This document shows positions 1 through 15,460 of a stretch of 64,000 nucleotides of DNA, piece after piece. The DNA comes from the human T2T-CHM13v2.0 reference genome, Homo sapiens. Under the pieces are notes generated by a model. It searched no databases, had not been told where the DNA came from, and saw nothing but the letters and a program-made list of their open reading frames with translations. The stretch is taken from NCBI GenBank assembly GCA_009914755.4, contig CP068257.2:29824001-29888000 (forward strand). Direction: 5' to 3'. The stretch's first letter is position 1. Each line of letters starts with the position of its first letter. Made by a program: the position numbers and the translations under genes.

Positions 1-1741
1 CGGCTATCTTGAGATTACACAGGAGAATGTTCCTGGTTGTGGGAAGCACACACTGAGAATTCCAGGGTAGCAGAACATCAATATGTCACTACACTCAAGT
101 GGTTCCAGAAGGGGGTTGTTGGAAAAGAAATCTCTTTTGCATTATATTCTTATCTTTCTGTGACTGTTTAAAATTTGTATATTATCTAAAGAATAAAACA
201 TTTGCAAAAAAAGGTAGGCTGGTCCACAGATCATTTCTGGAAGGGTGCAGGAGAGATGGAGGAGGCTCAGGAAGGAAGACTCTCCTATCAGCTCTGCAGG
301 GACACTGTGGCACAGAGAGGGTCATACCTGGCGGAACCCAGGACCAGGTGCGTGAGGATCAGTAGCCTCCCTGCCGCCCTGGCAAGGGTGAGCTTCCTCG
401 AGCTCCTGTTCCCATATCCGCCTGTCACTCAGGGCAAAGGGCCTTTGCCAGGGAAACTGGGAAACGTCTGCTGCATTTGGAAGATTTTTTAAGATAAGAT
501 GAAAAAGTTGGCAAATTTCTCACACTGCTTCTTTCATTATTATTTTAGGCTGCAAAGAGGTTTGTGATGTGCTACAGTTGATCAACTTTCATGTTTTTAA
601 AACTTTTTACTTGGAAATGTTTTATGGTAGGTACATAATCCCCATGTACTCACGATATAGCTTCAACTATTCAATCCTAGTTTGCTATACTCCCCCAACA
701 CTGGCTTATTTATTTTGAAGAAAATAAGCATCCTATTCTATCATCCATTAATACCTCAACACTTATTTCTAAAAGAGAAGGACCTTTTACTTAAACATCA
801 TCCCACCCACCACCCAAAAATCCTTACCACCACCAATTAACCATTCCCTGTTTAAATGTCCCTGATTCTGTCTGCCTCTCTCTCCTTCTCTCACAGTTGT
901 TGTGTTCAAATCAGGATCCATACAAGACCCAACATTGCACTTGGTTGATTTGATTCTTCCACAGATTCCTTCTATTTCTTTTCCTTTTGCAATGTTTTTC
1001 ACAGTTTTCCTTTTCCAGTTCAACATCTTTGCAGTTTAAGATGCTCCTCTCTCCCCCTTTTTACTGACTCCCCATGTCTCCTCCCTGATCATTTTTTTAG
1101 AAAATTTCTTATTAACAAATCTTCCATGAGCCCAGAATACGGGCACTTTATGTTCAGGCTCCGGCAGGGAGCTCAGAGGAGGAGGTAGAGAGCTCTGCTA
1201 ATCCCAGCACGAACTTCACAGAAAACAAAAGTGCAAGTAAATTCCACAGAAACACCCAGACGGTCATTGCTCTACCATTAGCCAAGATTTGGGTGCACCA
1301 CTGTCCCCTTAGCTTCCTCATCTTTAAATTAAAGGCATTGAAAAAGATCATGATAATGACAGCAATGACAACGACATTAACAGGACATTTAATATTTGTC
1401 CAAAGGTCCCTCAAGATTCCTTCCAGTCAAGACTTTCTCTGTGATTTTAACCATCAAACACACTTCAATATATTAGTGAAGAGCAACATTCTGGTTAGGG
1501 GGGAGATATTTCATAAATGACAAATGAAAAGTAAGACAATGATAACAAAGGAACGGAGACCACAAATGTAGATGACAAAAGAAAACTACGGTCATTGTCA
1601 TATCTAAATTTGAATAACATGCTATGTTTCAAAGCACTTTCTTATACATTAGCAAATCTCAGCCACACTAATAGGTAAATGATAAAGAATGGTATAAAAG
1701 GTTAATAATGGTGGAACCTTGGGTATGCAGGTGTTTCACTA

Positions 1742-1990
1742 AGCCAGTGGATCTCAACCAGGGTAATCTTGTGTCCCCCCACCTCCTGCCTCCAGGGGTC
1801 ATTTAGCAATGTCTGGGGACATTTTGGTTGTCCCAGCTAGGAAGGTGTCCTGACCTCTACTGGGCAGAGGCCAAGGCTGCACTGAAATATCCTTCGATAC
1901 TTGGCACAGACTGCACCACAAAGTATCCAGCCCACAATGTCAGTAGTTCAGAAACTGAGAGATCCTGAGATAGGCAAGTCCCCTTGTTAC
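1742..1990 (+). mobile_element. DNA-transposon relic, Tigger/pogo-type MITE (CAGTGG.TCTCAACC... terminus)
   Basis: Starts ccagtggatctcaaccagg...gcaatgtctggggacattttggttgtc...; resembles the Tigger-family MITE consensus from memory; far terminus degraded. Confidence 0.4.
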
Positions 1991-2122
1991 CCAACTAAAA
2001 CTGTACTAGACCAGGGGACTAGGGAGGCTACTGAGGCCTGAAGGCACAGGAAGTCAGACACCTTGTATTACAACCCTCCACACTGTGGGCTACCCTAACA
2101 CATGAGGTTCGATAAAACAATC

Positions 2123-2458
<336 letters not shown>

Positions 2459-3090
2459 TTACCGAGATAGATCACAATATATATTTCTAAGTCTGAACTA
2501 TTCCCTCAATGTATTCTTCTTGGGAAACTGTACTTACCAGACACTGTCCAACTGAAGAATTTACCTGCTTAGCAGACCTGTCTCTGAATGACAGCACCTG
2601 CGCTGATTTAGACAATGGGCACCTGCATCCTTGGGAACCCTTTACTCTAATGGGAGCGACTGACAATGAATACGTCCATGAGAAAGAGTCAGGTGGCCAT
2701 GAGTGCCATGACGAGAACAGAGCCGGAACAGGAAGGGGAGGGGAGGGAGGGGTCTGGGGAGAGGGCTGCTACTTCAGCTTAGGTTCTCAGGGAAGCCTGT
2801 CCGGGGAGGCGATATTTGAGCCAAGACCTGAAGGAAGTGAATGGCTAGCCAGGCAGAGCTTGGAAGGAGAGTATTGGGGGCATGCAGTGGGAAGGCCTGT
2901 AGCAGGGGCACGCTGCGTGTATTCTAGTCCCAGAAGAAAGGCCTCTGAAGTGCCCTAAATGAGGAGGACAGGAGGTGAGAGAGAGGCGGGGCCAAATCCC
3001 TTGAGGCCTCCTAGTCCCAGCAGAAAGTCTAGCTTTCAAACAAACTATAATGGGAAGCCATTGGAAGTTCAACCGGAGGAGTAAGGAGAC

Positions 3091-3121
3091 TTGATTGCTA
3101 TTGATTGATTGATTGATTGAC
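3091..3121. repeat. (TTGA)n microsatellite
   Basis: ttgattgctattgattgattgattgattga. Confidence 0.9.
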
Positions 3122-3328
3122 TGAGACAGGGTCTTGTTCTGTCACCCAGGCTGACTGCAGATCAAAGCTCACTGTGGCCTCAACCTCCCAGGCTCACACG
3201 ATCCTCCCACCTCAGCCTCCTGAGTAACTAGGACTACAGGCACGTGCCACCATGCCCAGTTAATTTTTTTTATTTTTTCATAGAGATTGTCTGGCTATGT
3301 TGCCCAGGCTGGTCTTGAACTTCTGGAT
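3121..3328 (-). mobile_element. Alu SINE, minus, truncated (about 205 bp, lacks 5' part)
   Basis: gagacagggtcttgttctgtcacccaggctg...ctcagcctcctgagtaactaggactacaggc...gttgcccaggctggtcttgaacttctgg. Confidence 0.9.
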
Positions 3329-4328
3329 GCAAACTATTCAGATCCCTCTAGCTATTCTGTGGAGAATGGACATTATGCAGGCAAGAAGGAAGAAGAAAAC
3401 CAACTGAGAGGCAACTGCATTAAGAATTTTACTGAAAATCAAAACCACCCAAAAAGAGAAATATCTGCCATTGATAAAGATATTCCAAAGAAGAATTCAC
3501 TCCTAAAAGCTATTTCAAAAGAAGAGAAAAGGCCCCAGATGTTTAATTATTAGTGGTCTCTTTCCAGTAAGGGTGCTGGGCAGTGTTGCCTCCCCACCCT
3601 AGATGGCGTCCGCAACCAGAAACTCTGGTGTGAAGCTATTAATAACTTTCTCCAACAGGCTGGGACTCTGGGATTTTACCATCAGGGGGTGGTGAAGAGC
3701 ACCCACCACCTGGGAGAAGCCTGGCCAGAGGGAGCAATGCACAAGGAACTTTTGGACCAGAGTAAGAGTGAATATAAGCTCAGATCTGCGTGGTATACTC
3801 TCTCTCATATTTTATTTGTGTTCTTGAGTGTTCTGGTCTCCCAGTCTTCAAAGAGCCAACTGGAGCCGGATGGTGCATGGGAAAAACGGAGGCTGAGACT
3901 CTCAGCCTGAGGTTCCATTATCTTCCCCTCTTTTTCCTCAGGGTGCTTTTCCTCATACTTATTATTCCCAGCCAGCATGGCAACAAGGTCCATGGGGGAC
4001 CCACACCCAGATTACAGTGTGGATCTAGAAAATGCACCAAGGAAGCTCCTCTGCAGGTTTTAAACAAGCCCCAGGTCAGTCTAGCACGTGGTAGACTCCA
4101 ACTCCCCAGGAAGTTAGCCTGAGACCTGAAGCTGAAGCCACTGCCCATTTTAAGGAGTTTGTCCTCTCCTCCCTGACAAACCCCAGGCAGTAGTGGGTGG
4201 GTGGTCAAGCATCAGAGGATGATCCCCTGTCCCTGCCTTTCTTCTACCATCTCCTTCGACCACACACACATAAAGGCAGGTAGCAAAACCCCACAATCTG
4301 TGCACCACTCCGGAAGTGCCACTGTTCA

Positions 4329-4697
<369 letters not shown>

Positions 4698-5186
4698 TTA
4701 AGCTTCACACTTCAAAGACTGTTAATTACACATTATGACACCAATTATATCTGAATGCATTATAAAACAGAATCTTTGGTAAGCTATTTTACTGTTTTAA
4801 TTCTTTTCTTCCACCATTTTTAATAATTAAACTCCTGTTTTTATATTAAGATGCAATTAAAAAAGAAAAGTCCTTTAAATTTTCAATCTATTTCATTTTT
4901 TTTACATAAAGAATTCAATAGCCATCCATTATAATGTAGCACACAATATAGCCAAAGGAAAAATGAATAACTTAGATAAAACAAGATGAATTCCATTTAG
5001 GGGGAAAAAATACAAGTCTACGTATTTTGAAAGCCCTTAGCATGAAATAGTCAATTAAAATATGGGGAACTCCCGACCAAACACAGATAAAACAAACCAC
5101 ATGGTAGCATACTCCTATGAAAGAGAAAGCTTTACTCTGTAAAAGAAGAGGGCACAGCGAATCGGGTCTCAAAATGCTGAATTTGA

Positions 5187-5522
<336 letters not shown>

Positions 5523-5666
5523 TCAATTATCGATGAAGTAAAAGGACACCATTATTTAGTGTGAGCCTACCCATGCTGAATTACATTTCAAATATAAGGA
5601 TAATGTCTCACATGTACAAGAGTAAACAAGGAAAATTAAATAATTTTGATCCTTTTGTGTGTGTGT

Positions 5667-5951
5667 GAGAGACCTGATCTTGCTCTATTGCCCAAGCTGG
5701 AGTGCAGTAGTGTGATCATGGCTCACTGCAGCCTCAACTTCCCAGACTCAGGTGATTTTCCCACCTCAGCCTCCCGGCCAGCTGGGACCACAGGCATGCG
5801 CTACTATGCCTGGCTAATTTTTCTATATTTTTGTAGAGACGGGGTCTCTCCGTGTTGCCCAGGCTGGTCTCGAACTCCTGGGCTCAAGCGATCCTCCCGC
5901 CTCAGCCTCCCAAAGTGCCGGGATTACAGGCATGGGCCACCATGTGCAGCC
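5667..5951 (-). mobile_element. Alu SINE, minus
   Basis: gagagacctgatcttgctctattgcccaagctggagtgcagtag...ctcccaaagtgccgggattacaggcatgggccaccatgtgcagcc. Confidence 0.93.
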
Positions 5952-6480
5952 AGTTTTGATACTTTAAAGCCACAGTTTGTGAGCTACAAACTTCACATTC
6001 ACATGTACTAAGACTGAACAATGTGTCGGGGACGAGAAGTATTCCTGTGTGATCCATCTACTACAGCCTTATTCATCCTTTGTTTCTCTTCTAACCCAAA
6101 GATCAGCAAACTTTTTTTTAAAATAAAGGGCCAAATAGTAACGATCTCAGGCTTTATAGGCCATATTTCACAACTACTCAACTCTGCTGTTGTAACAAGA
6201 AAGCGCAGCTATAAATAACAGGTACACAAAGGAGTATGGCTGTGTTCCAAATAAAACTTTATTTACAAAAACAGGCCCATGGGCTGTGATTTGCTGACCC
6301 CTGTTCTAGTTCTCAGGGTGCTAGAAAGGAGGAGTGAAGCAGAGATACACTTAAGACACTCCTGAAAGAACACAGTAGGAATAAGCAAAGAGATCCAGTT
6401 GATCCTAATGTATCCACCAGGCATAGCCGATTACACCCAGGAGTATTCTTGTAAGACAAAAACCAAGTCGAGAGATATTA

Positions 6481-6553
6481 GGTTGGTGCAAAAGTAACTG
6501 TGGTTTTTGCCCCTGAAAGTAATGGAAAAACTGCAATTACTTCTGCACCAATC
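6481..6553. mobile_element. MADE1 (Hsmar1-derived mariner MITE), about 73 bp palindrome with TA target duplication
   Basis: ggttggtgcaaaagtaactgtggtttttgcc...aaaaactgcaattacttctgcaccaatc; terminal inverted repeats complementary; TA on both flanks. Confidence 0.85.
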
Positions 6554-6686
6554 TAATACCAGGGAGGCATCATTTCTCAACAACCACAACTCTCAAGACA
6601 CGAGGGCCTCTCCCTCACAGAAGCAGCAACATTCCATCATGGGGTTTGTCCCCTGAACTGCATATCCACTGGAGATTCTATAGTGA

Positions 6687-7029
<343 letters not shown>

Positions 7030-7501
7030 AGCCTGCCTCTTCTTATGTCTAGCAGCACACCAGGGCTGGGGACGCAGGCTGTGGTCACCAATTCAAAAGA
7101 GGTAACTGCTCTACCAGGGAGTGACCTTACCCAGGAACTAATCAACAACTCGATGAGAGCTCAAGACATAAGCCTTTCGACTCCAGCTTTGAACTCTTAC
7201 CTGCCGAAGGGCCGAGAAGAGCCCACTGAGCCCAGAGCAGCCGTGATCAACCACTGTCACTTCACAAACCCCAAATACATGGGTTCTTCCTTCTCGTGGA
7301 CACATCTTCCTCTCACACTTCACACTCCGCCCGGAGCAAACCCTGTCAATTCAACCCTCAAAGGGTTCCAGAATCTGCTGCATCTCCATCGCCAGCAGCC
7401 CATTGCCAGTACCAGCTACATCGCCAGCACCCTCATCACTGTCACCTCCTAATTGGTCTCCCTGACTTTGCTCTTGCCTCACTTCCAACAGAATATTGTC
7501 A

Positions 7502-7812
<311 letters not shown>

Positions 7813-8413
7813 AATAGGGGGTGAAAATCAACAAACAGCAGGCACAGATTTGGGGCTAGATAATAGACAAATAAGTGAAAAAGCAAATTTATTCACATAC
7901 CCTTGATGCCCCTAGAAAGTCCTTCAAAGCACATGACAGGGCGTATATGAAAGTGTAAACTGCTCACCATATGACCGTCAGGCTTCTGAAGCTGTTTACA
8001 TCTGGAATGCGACCATCAACCTGGAAGGTAAGAAAAACAAACAAACAAAAAAACTTCTGAGTGACAAACAGCTTCCACAAAGCCCATCCATTTTATTCCA
8101 CAGAAGAAAAAGAAGTGCGTCATTTATAAAACTCTACCAGAGGAGGCAACAGCCATCGCTAATAACAGAGGAAAGAAACAAAGGCCGTAAAATTAGAAGC
8201 AGAGGAGCAGAACCATCCAGGACCTTGAAATAAAGATGGAGTCCACACAGAGTCAACCCCGGCACATCACCCTAACAGCCTTCTACAGTAACAATATTCC
8301 TAGGTCGGCAACACAGGCTCAACCAGGCTCAGAATCCTGTTCAAGGACACAAGATGAGTAATACGTTTTTATTCTATTTTTATTTTTATTTTCTTAAGAT
8401 GGTTAAAATTGCA

Positions 8414-8545
8414 CCAGGCGCAGTGGTTCACACCCTAATCCCAGCATCTTGAGAGGCTGAGGCTGGCAGATCACTTGACCCCAGGAGTTCAAGACCAGTC
8501 TCGGCAACACGGCAAAACGCTGTCTCTACAAAAAATAAAAATACA
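8414..8545 (+). mobile_element. Free left Alu monomer (FLAM-like)
   Basis: caccaggcgcagtggttcacaccctaatcccagcatcttgagaggctgaggctggcagatcacttgacc...ctacaaaaaataaaaatac. Confidence 0.8.
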
Positions 8546-8546
8546 G

Positions 8547-8848
8547 GCCGGGTGCGGTGGCTCACGCCTGTAATCCTAGCACTTTGGAAGGCCGAGGTGG
8601 GTGGATCACTCGAGGTCAGAAGTTCAAGACCAGCCTGGCCAACATGGTGAAACCCTGTCTCTACTAAAGATACAAAAATTAGCCAGGCGTGGGGGCATGC
8701 ACCTGTAATCCCAACTACTTGGGTGGCTGAGGCAGGAGACTCCCTTGAACTCGGGAGGCGGAGATTGCAGTGAGCCAAGATCGAGTCACTGCACTCCAGC
8801 CTGGGTGATAGAGCAAGCTTCCGTCTCGGGAAAAAAAAAAAAAAAAAA
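8547..8848 (+). mobile_element. Alu SINE, full length
   Basis: ggccgggtgcggtggctcacgcctgtaatcctagcactttgg...gagcaagcttccgtctcgggaaaaaaaaaaaaaaaaaa. Confidence 0.95.
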
Positions 8849-9031
8849 GCCAGATGCGGTGGCTCACACCTGTAATCCCAGCACTTTGAGAGGCTGAGAC
8901 ACGAGAATTGATTGAACCCAGGAGGCGGAGGTTGCAATAAGCTGAGATGGCACCGCCGCACTCCAGCTTGGGGGACAGAGTGAGACTCTGCCTAAAAAAA
9001 TAAAAATAAATTTAAAAATAAAAATGAAAAA
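8849..9031 (+). mobile_element. Alu SINE with internal deletion of about 110 bp (left arm joined to end of right arm)
   Basis: gccagatgcggtggctcacacctgtaatcccagcactttgagaggctgagacacgagaattgattgaacccaggaggcggaggttgcaataagctgag... Confidence 0.85.
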
Positions 9032-9035
9032 TATC

Positions 9036-9199
9036 AGCCTGGTGCAGTGGTATGCAACTGTAGTCCCAGCGACTAGGAAGGCTGCGGTGAGAGGATTCCC
9101 TCAACCTGGGAGGTCAAGGCTGCAGTGAACGGTGATTGCGTGATTGCACCACAGCACTCCAGCCTGGGCGACAGAGCAAGAACCTGTCTCAAAAAAAAA
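9036..9199 (+). mobile_element. Alu right-monomer fragment (FRAM-like)
   Basis: cagcctggtgcagtggtatgcaactgtagtcccagcgactaggaaggctgcggtgagaggatt...cactccagcctgggcgacagagcaagaacctgtctcaaaaaaaaa. Confidence 0.8.
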
Positions 9200-9265
9200 T
9201 TTTTCTTTTCAAAGCTAATATATTCTTATTTTATTTTATTATTTTTATTTATTTATTTATTTTTA

Positions 9266-9375
9266 GTGCAGAGTGCAGTGGCAAGATCTGTAGTCTTGAA
9301 CTCCAAAGCTCAAACGATCCTCCCACCGCAGCCTCCCAAGTAGCTGGGACTACAGGCATGTGCCACTATGCTTGG
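9266..9375 (-). mobile_element. Alu fragment, minus (right-monomer portion only)
   Basis: gtgcagagtgcagtggcaagatctgtagtcttgaactccaaagctcaaacgatcctcccaccgcagcctcccaagtagctgggactacaggcatgtgccactatgcttgg. Confidence 0.8.
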
Positions 9376-9457
9376 TTAAAAGCTAATATATTCTCTTAAT
9401 AAGGGAGGGAACAGCTTTCAAAGAAAGACAGAATTAAGATGAATGAGTAAAAGCTGA

Positions 9458-9854
<397 letters not shown>

Positions 9855-9990
9855 TAATTTTTTTGTATTTTTAGTAGAGACGGGGTTTCACCGTGTTGGC
9901 CTGGCTGGACTCGATCTCCTGACCTTGTGATCCGCCCGCCTCGGCCTCCCAAAGTGCTGGGATTACAGGCGTGAGCCACGGCGCCCGGCC
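9855..9990 (-). mobile_element. Partial AluY (left monomer plus linker), minus, directly abutting the previous Alu
   Basis: taatttttttgtatttttagtagagacggggtttcaccgtgttggcctggctggactcgatctcctgaccttgtgatccgcccgcctcggcctcccaaagtgctgggattacaggcgtgagccacggcgcccggcc. Confidence 0.85.
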
Positions 9991-11112
9991 TTCTTACAGG
10001 TCTTGATATTCAGGCGAGGTTGAACTAGAGGTCCTTGAGGATCCCAATCAATTCCAAGGTTTTATGATGGGTCATGTCAAAGCAAAAAATTATTCTGACA
10101 TTTTTTACAAATGGTAAGGCAGACTTTATTTAGGATTACAACAACAGGTGTCAAGGTCATTGCAATAGGGAGAAAGATTGGGCTCAACTCCAAATACAGC
10201 AAAGACGTCTGGAGATCAGTAGCCAATGAGCCGGGGAGGCGTCTGTGGAGGGGAAATTACTAAGAAGAGATATTAAAGTCAGGGGGATTCTTGCTAAATC
10301 AACTTAACAGGATTCCTGCTGAAGGCAGGTTGACTTAGACAACAAGGATAGGGACAAGGAACTTGATCAGGTGTGATCAGATATCCAGAATAAAGGATAT
10401 CTCTCTAAACTCATCTAGCAGCTCTCTAACTTTAGCAGGATTCTTGCTAAAACTAACTGGGAAGGCCTGGAAGGTGGGGGTGGGCTAACGGCCTAGCTGA
10501 GAAGGGGGCTCAGAGAAGCCGGATTCAAGTTTGGTCAAGGAGCAAGTCTTCATCAGTAATAGTAACTCCAGGGAACAGAGGTCCTGATACCTCGAGGTGG
10601 TGCCCAAGGCAACAGGGAAGTACTAGCCAGAGCAAAGAGCAGAATCCAGACGTCCTGGCCCGAAGCTCAGTGGGGTGAGTTGTAGCTGGTGCCCAGTAAT
10701 ACCTGACACCACATAACACCTTCTAGTTTCTCCATTTCTTCCCGCGTATAATTGCGCTTTTTTGCAAAATCTAGAAATGGCCGTTTCTAAACATCAAGCT
10801 ACCGTACAATAAGGGGAAACTACCTTTGCACATAATGCCATGTGAGCAATTTATATACAATTCCCTGTGATATTGAGGCAGATTGATTCATCATCATGAA
10901 GACAATGAGGCTTTTCAAAGTGGCCTTGTAATGACAGGCATATAAATAAAATAGGCCAAAAAAAAAAAAAAACTGAAACTAAAAGACTGGATTTAAAAGC
11001 CTCTGGCAAAAACCAGGAAGCTTGCGATCACTAACAGAATTACTAAACTACCCTAGCAAAGTTAAACAAAGTTCCATAATCCCCAAATCCAAAGGAGAGC
11101 ATTTAAAGCTGA

Positions 11113-11785
<673 letters not shown>

Positions 11786-11786
11786 A

Positions 11787-12085
11787 GGCCAGGTGCGGCA
11801 GCTCATGCCTGTAATCCTAGCACTTTAGGAGGCCAAGGCAGGTGGGGGGATCACGAGGTCAGGAGTTTGAGACCAGCCTGGCCAACATGGTGAAACCCTG
11901 TCTATGCTAAAAATATGAAAATTAGCTGGACGTGGTGGTGGGCACCTGTAATCCCAGCTACTCAGGAGACTGAGGCAGGAGAATTGCTTGAACCTGGGAG
12001 GTGGAGGTTGCAGTGAGCCAGGATCATCACACCATTGCACTCCACCCTGGGCGACAAGAGCGAAACTCTTAAAAAAAAAAAAAAA
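11787..12085 (+). mobile_element. Alu SINE, full length
   Basis: ggccaggtgcggcagctcatgcctgtaatcctagcactttaggaggccaaggcaggtgggggga...gcgacaagagcgaaactcttaaaaaaaaaaaaaaa. Confidence 0.95.
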
Positions 12086-12176
12086 GTAGAAATAAATAAA
12101 ACGACACAGCTGCCTTTCTTGATCTCAAAAGTGCGATCTACTTGCTGGGCAGAGGTTATTTAAGAATCCAGAAGGG

Positions 12177-12799
<623 letters not shown>

Positions 12800-13064
12800 T
12801 CAGATTGCCCTTCAGATGACTTTTCCTCTTTTTCCTCTGGGATCTGTGCCTGGGAGGCTGCCCTTCCACACTTTCTGGCCCTGGGGAGGCACCACGGGCA
12901 GGGATGACTGTCGGAAGAGGGTCAAGACAGTAGGAACACTGACCCCCTGCTTCCTCCCCACAGCAGCACCTGGAGGTCTCTCGATCACAAGTCCCTTTTT
13001 CTCTCAGGCTTCAGTTCTAGGGAACAAAGGGGCTTCCTCCTGCTGCCCCAGTGGAACCAATCCC

Positions 13065-13385
13065 TTTTTTTTTTTTTTTTTTTTTGAGACAGGGTCTCAT
13101 TCTGTCACCCAGGCTGGAGTACAGTGGCACGATCATAGTTCACTGCAGCCTTGAACTCCCGTGCTGAGCTTACATGATCTTGCCCCTCAGCCTCCCAAGT
13201 AGCTGGGACTACAGGCACACGCCACCACACCATACCTGGCTAATCTGGGAAGCAGCAGGGGGGTTGGTAGAGAAAGGGTCTCATTATGTTGCCCAGGCTG
13301 GTCTCAAACTCCAGGGCTCAAGCAATCCTCCTGCCTCAGCCTCCCAAAGTGCTGAGATTAGAGGTGTGAGCCACTGCACCCAGCC
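13065..13385 (-). mobile_element. Alu SINE, minus, full length, about 22-nt poly-T
   Basis: tttttttttttttttttttttgagacagggtctcattctgtcacccaggctggagtacagtggcacgatcatagttcactgcagcc...gtgctgagattagaggtgtgagccactgcacccagcc. Confidence 0.93.
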
Positions 13386-13531
13386 TGTCTGCTTTTCTTA
13401 ACTCCGTGAAAACACTTTCTCTCGTGACTCTCTTCTGTCACCTGTGAGTGTGCGATATACTTTCCTGCCAAGCCTCTGACTGACAACAGTAGAAGAAGAA
13501 GAGGGGCAGAGAATTTAACATTCAATTTTCT

Positions 13532-13849
<318 letters not shown>

Positions 13850-13986
13850 CTATCTTTGCCCTCAATGGAGAGGGAAGAAACAGAGAACCTGATTTTTAAG
13901 CTAGATTTCCAGGCATGGGTAGGGGCAGGTGTGGCGCACTGTCTGAGGAGGCTCCGAGTGTTACGAGTGTCAGTGAAAACCTTGAA

Positions 13987-14288
13987 TTTTTTTTTTTTTT
14001 TTTTCTGAGACACAGTCTGGCTCTGTCACCCAGGCTGGAGTGCAGTGGCGCGATCTCAGCTCACTGCAACCCCTGGCCCCCTAGGTTCAAGTGATTCTCC
14101 TGCCTCAGCCTCTCAAGTAGCTGGGACTACAGGTGTGTGCCACCACACCTGGCCAATTTTTATATTTTTGGTAGAGACAGGGTTTCACCATATTGGCCAG
14201 GCTGGGCTCAAACTCCTAACCTCAGGCGATCTGCCCACCTCAGCCTCCCATAGTGCTGGGATTACAGGTGTGAGCTCCCACGCCAGGC
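13987..14288 (-). mobile_element. Alu SINE, minus, full length
   Basis: poly-T then ctgagacacagtctggctctgtcacccaggctggagtgcagtggcgcgatctcagctcactgcaacc...gtgctgggattacaggtgtgagctcccacgccaggc. Confidence 0.93.
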
Positions 14289-14333
14289 TGAAAACTTCAA
14301 ATGTTATTTATTTATTTACTTATTTATATTTCC

Positions 14334-14616
<283 letters not shown>

Positions 14617-15319
14617 TAAAACCTCGAATTTTCTACACAAAATTGTGTGTATGTGTGCATTTTTCTGAAAAGAGAAATCCAGAAAGGAAAAGGTCAAAAT
14701 GTTTCTATATCCTCAAAAGGTGACCAAAAATTTTAAGAGACAATGCTGCCGGGAAAACCATGTAGAAACAGCCACTGTCTCCCCAGGAGAAGAGAGAGGA
14801 ACCGGCAGGTGGTGGGTACCCAGGTCAGCTCCATGAGCAGGAATGCCACCTCTTCCCTTGCCAAGGGGAGCTGGGCTGGAGGAAGGACCAGCACCACCCC
14901 TCCAGCCGCCACCCACCCCCGAGGGGGCAGCTGGGATGGTGCGTTCCTGCAAATCTCTCACAGCTCCCTCTCAACACTCAGTGACATTTGCAAAGCTCAT
15001 CAGCCCAGCAGGTGTCGGATGCACAAGCAACAGCAAAAGCAGTTCCGGGGCTGGGGAAAATCTCATCGTGTTGTTCTGAAAACCTCCGGGCTGCTGAGAG
15101 TCTCCAGGCAGCAAACCAGGAGGGAAAAAATACTCAGGAGACAAGAGAACAGCAGAGCGGACCACACAGGAAATGCCCAGGTGGGCACAACGAAGCCCGG
15201 AGCTGTCTGCAGATTCCTGCCCCGGTGGGCATCGGTCAGCCCTTCCGGAGCCCAGATCCGCCCCTCAGGAGCTGTGTGGGGAGGATCAGCGGCCCCCTCC
15301 CACTAGGCTCGGTTCCCCC

Positions 15320-15460
15320 CTTTACCACACAGACACGATCATTCAGAATGAACCTCATAGGGCTGTTGTGGGGTCAAGGAGAAAATGTGCTTTGCATGTC
15401 ACCAAGACCCAGTAAATGCCTTCAGATGTGTGTTGGGATTAGTATCAGAGCTCTTCTCTG
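15320..15460 (+). mobile_element. MIR SINE relic
   Basis: gaacctcatagggctgttgtggggtcaaggagaaaatgtgctttgcatgtcaccaagacccagtaaatgccttcagatgtgtgttgggattagtatc matches MIR core/3' region (cctcatagggttgttgtgaggattaaatgag...gcacatagtaagcgctcaataaatg). Confidence 0.55.

Noticed and set aside
8428-8961. 177-aa minus-strand ORF
   Set aside because: It lies entirely within the tandem Alu cluster. Its peptide is a concatenation of antisense-Alu motifs ([63 protein letters not shown]).
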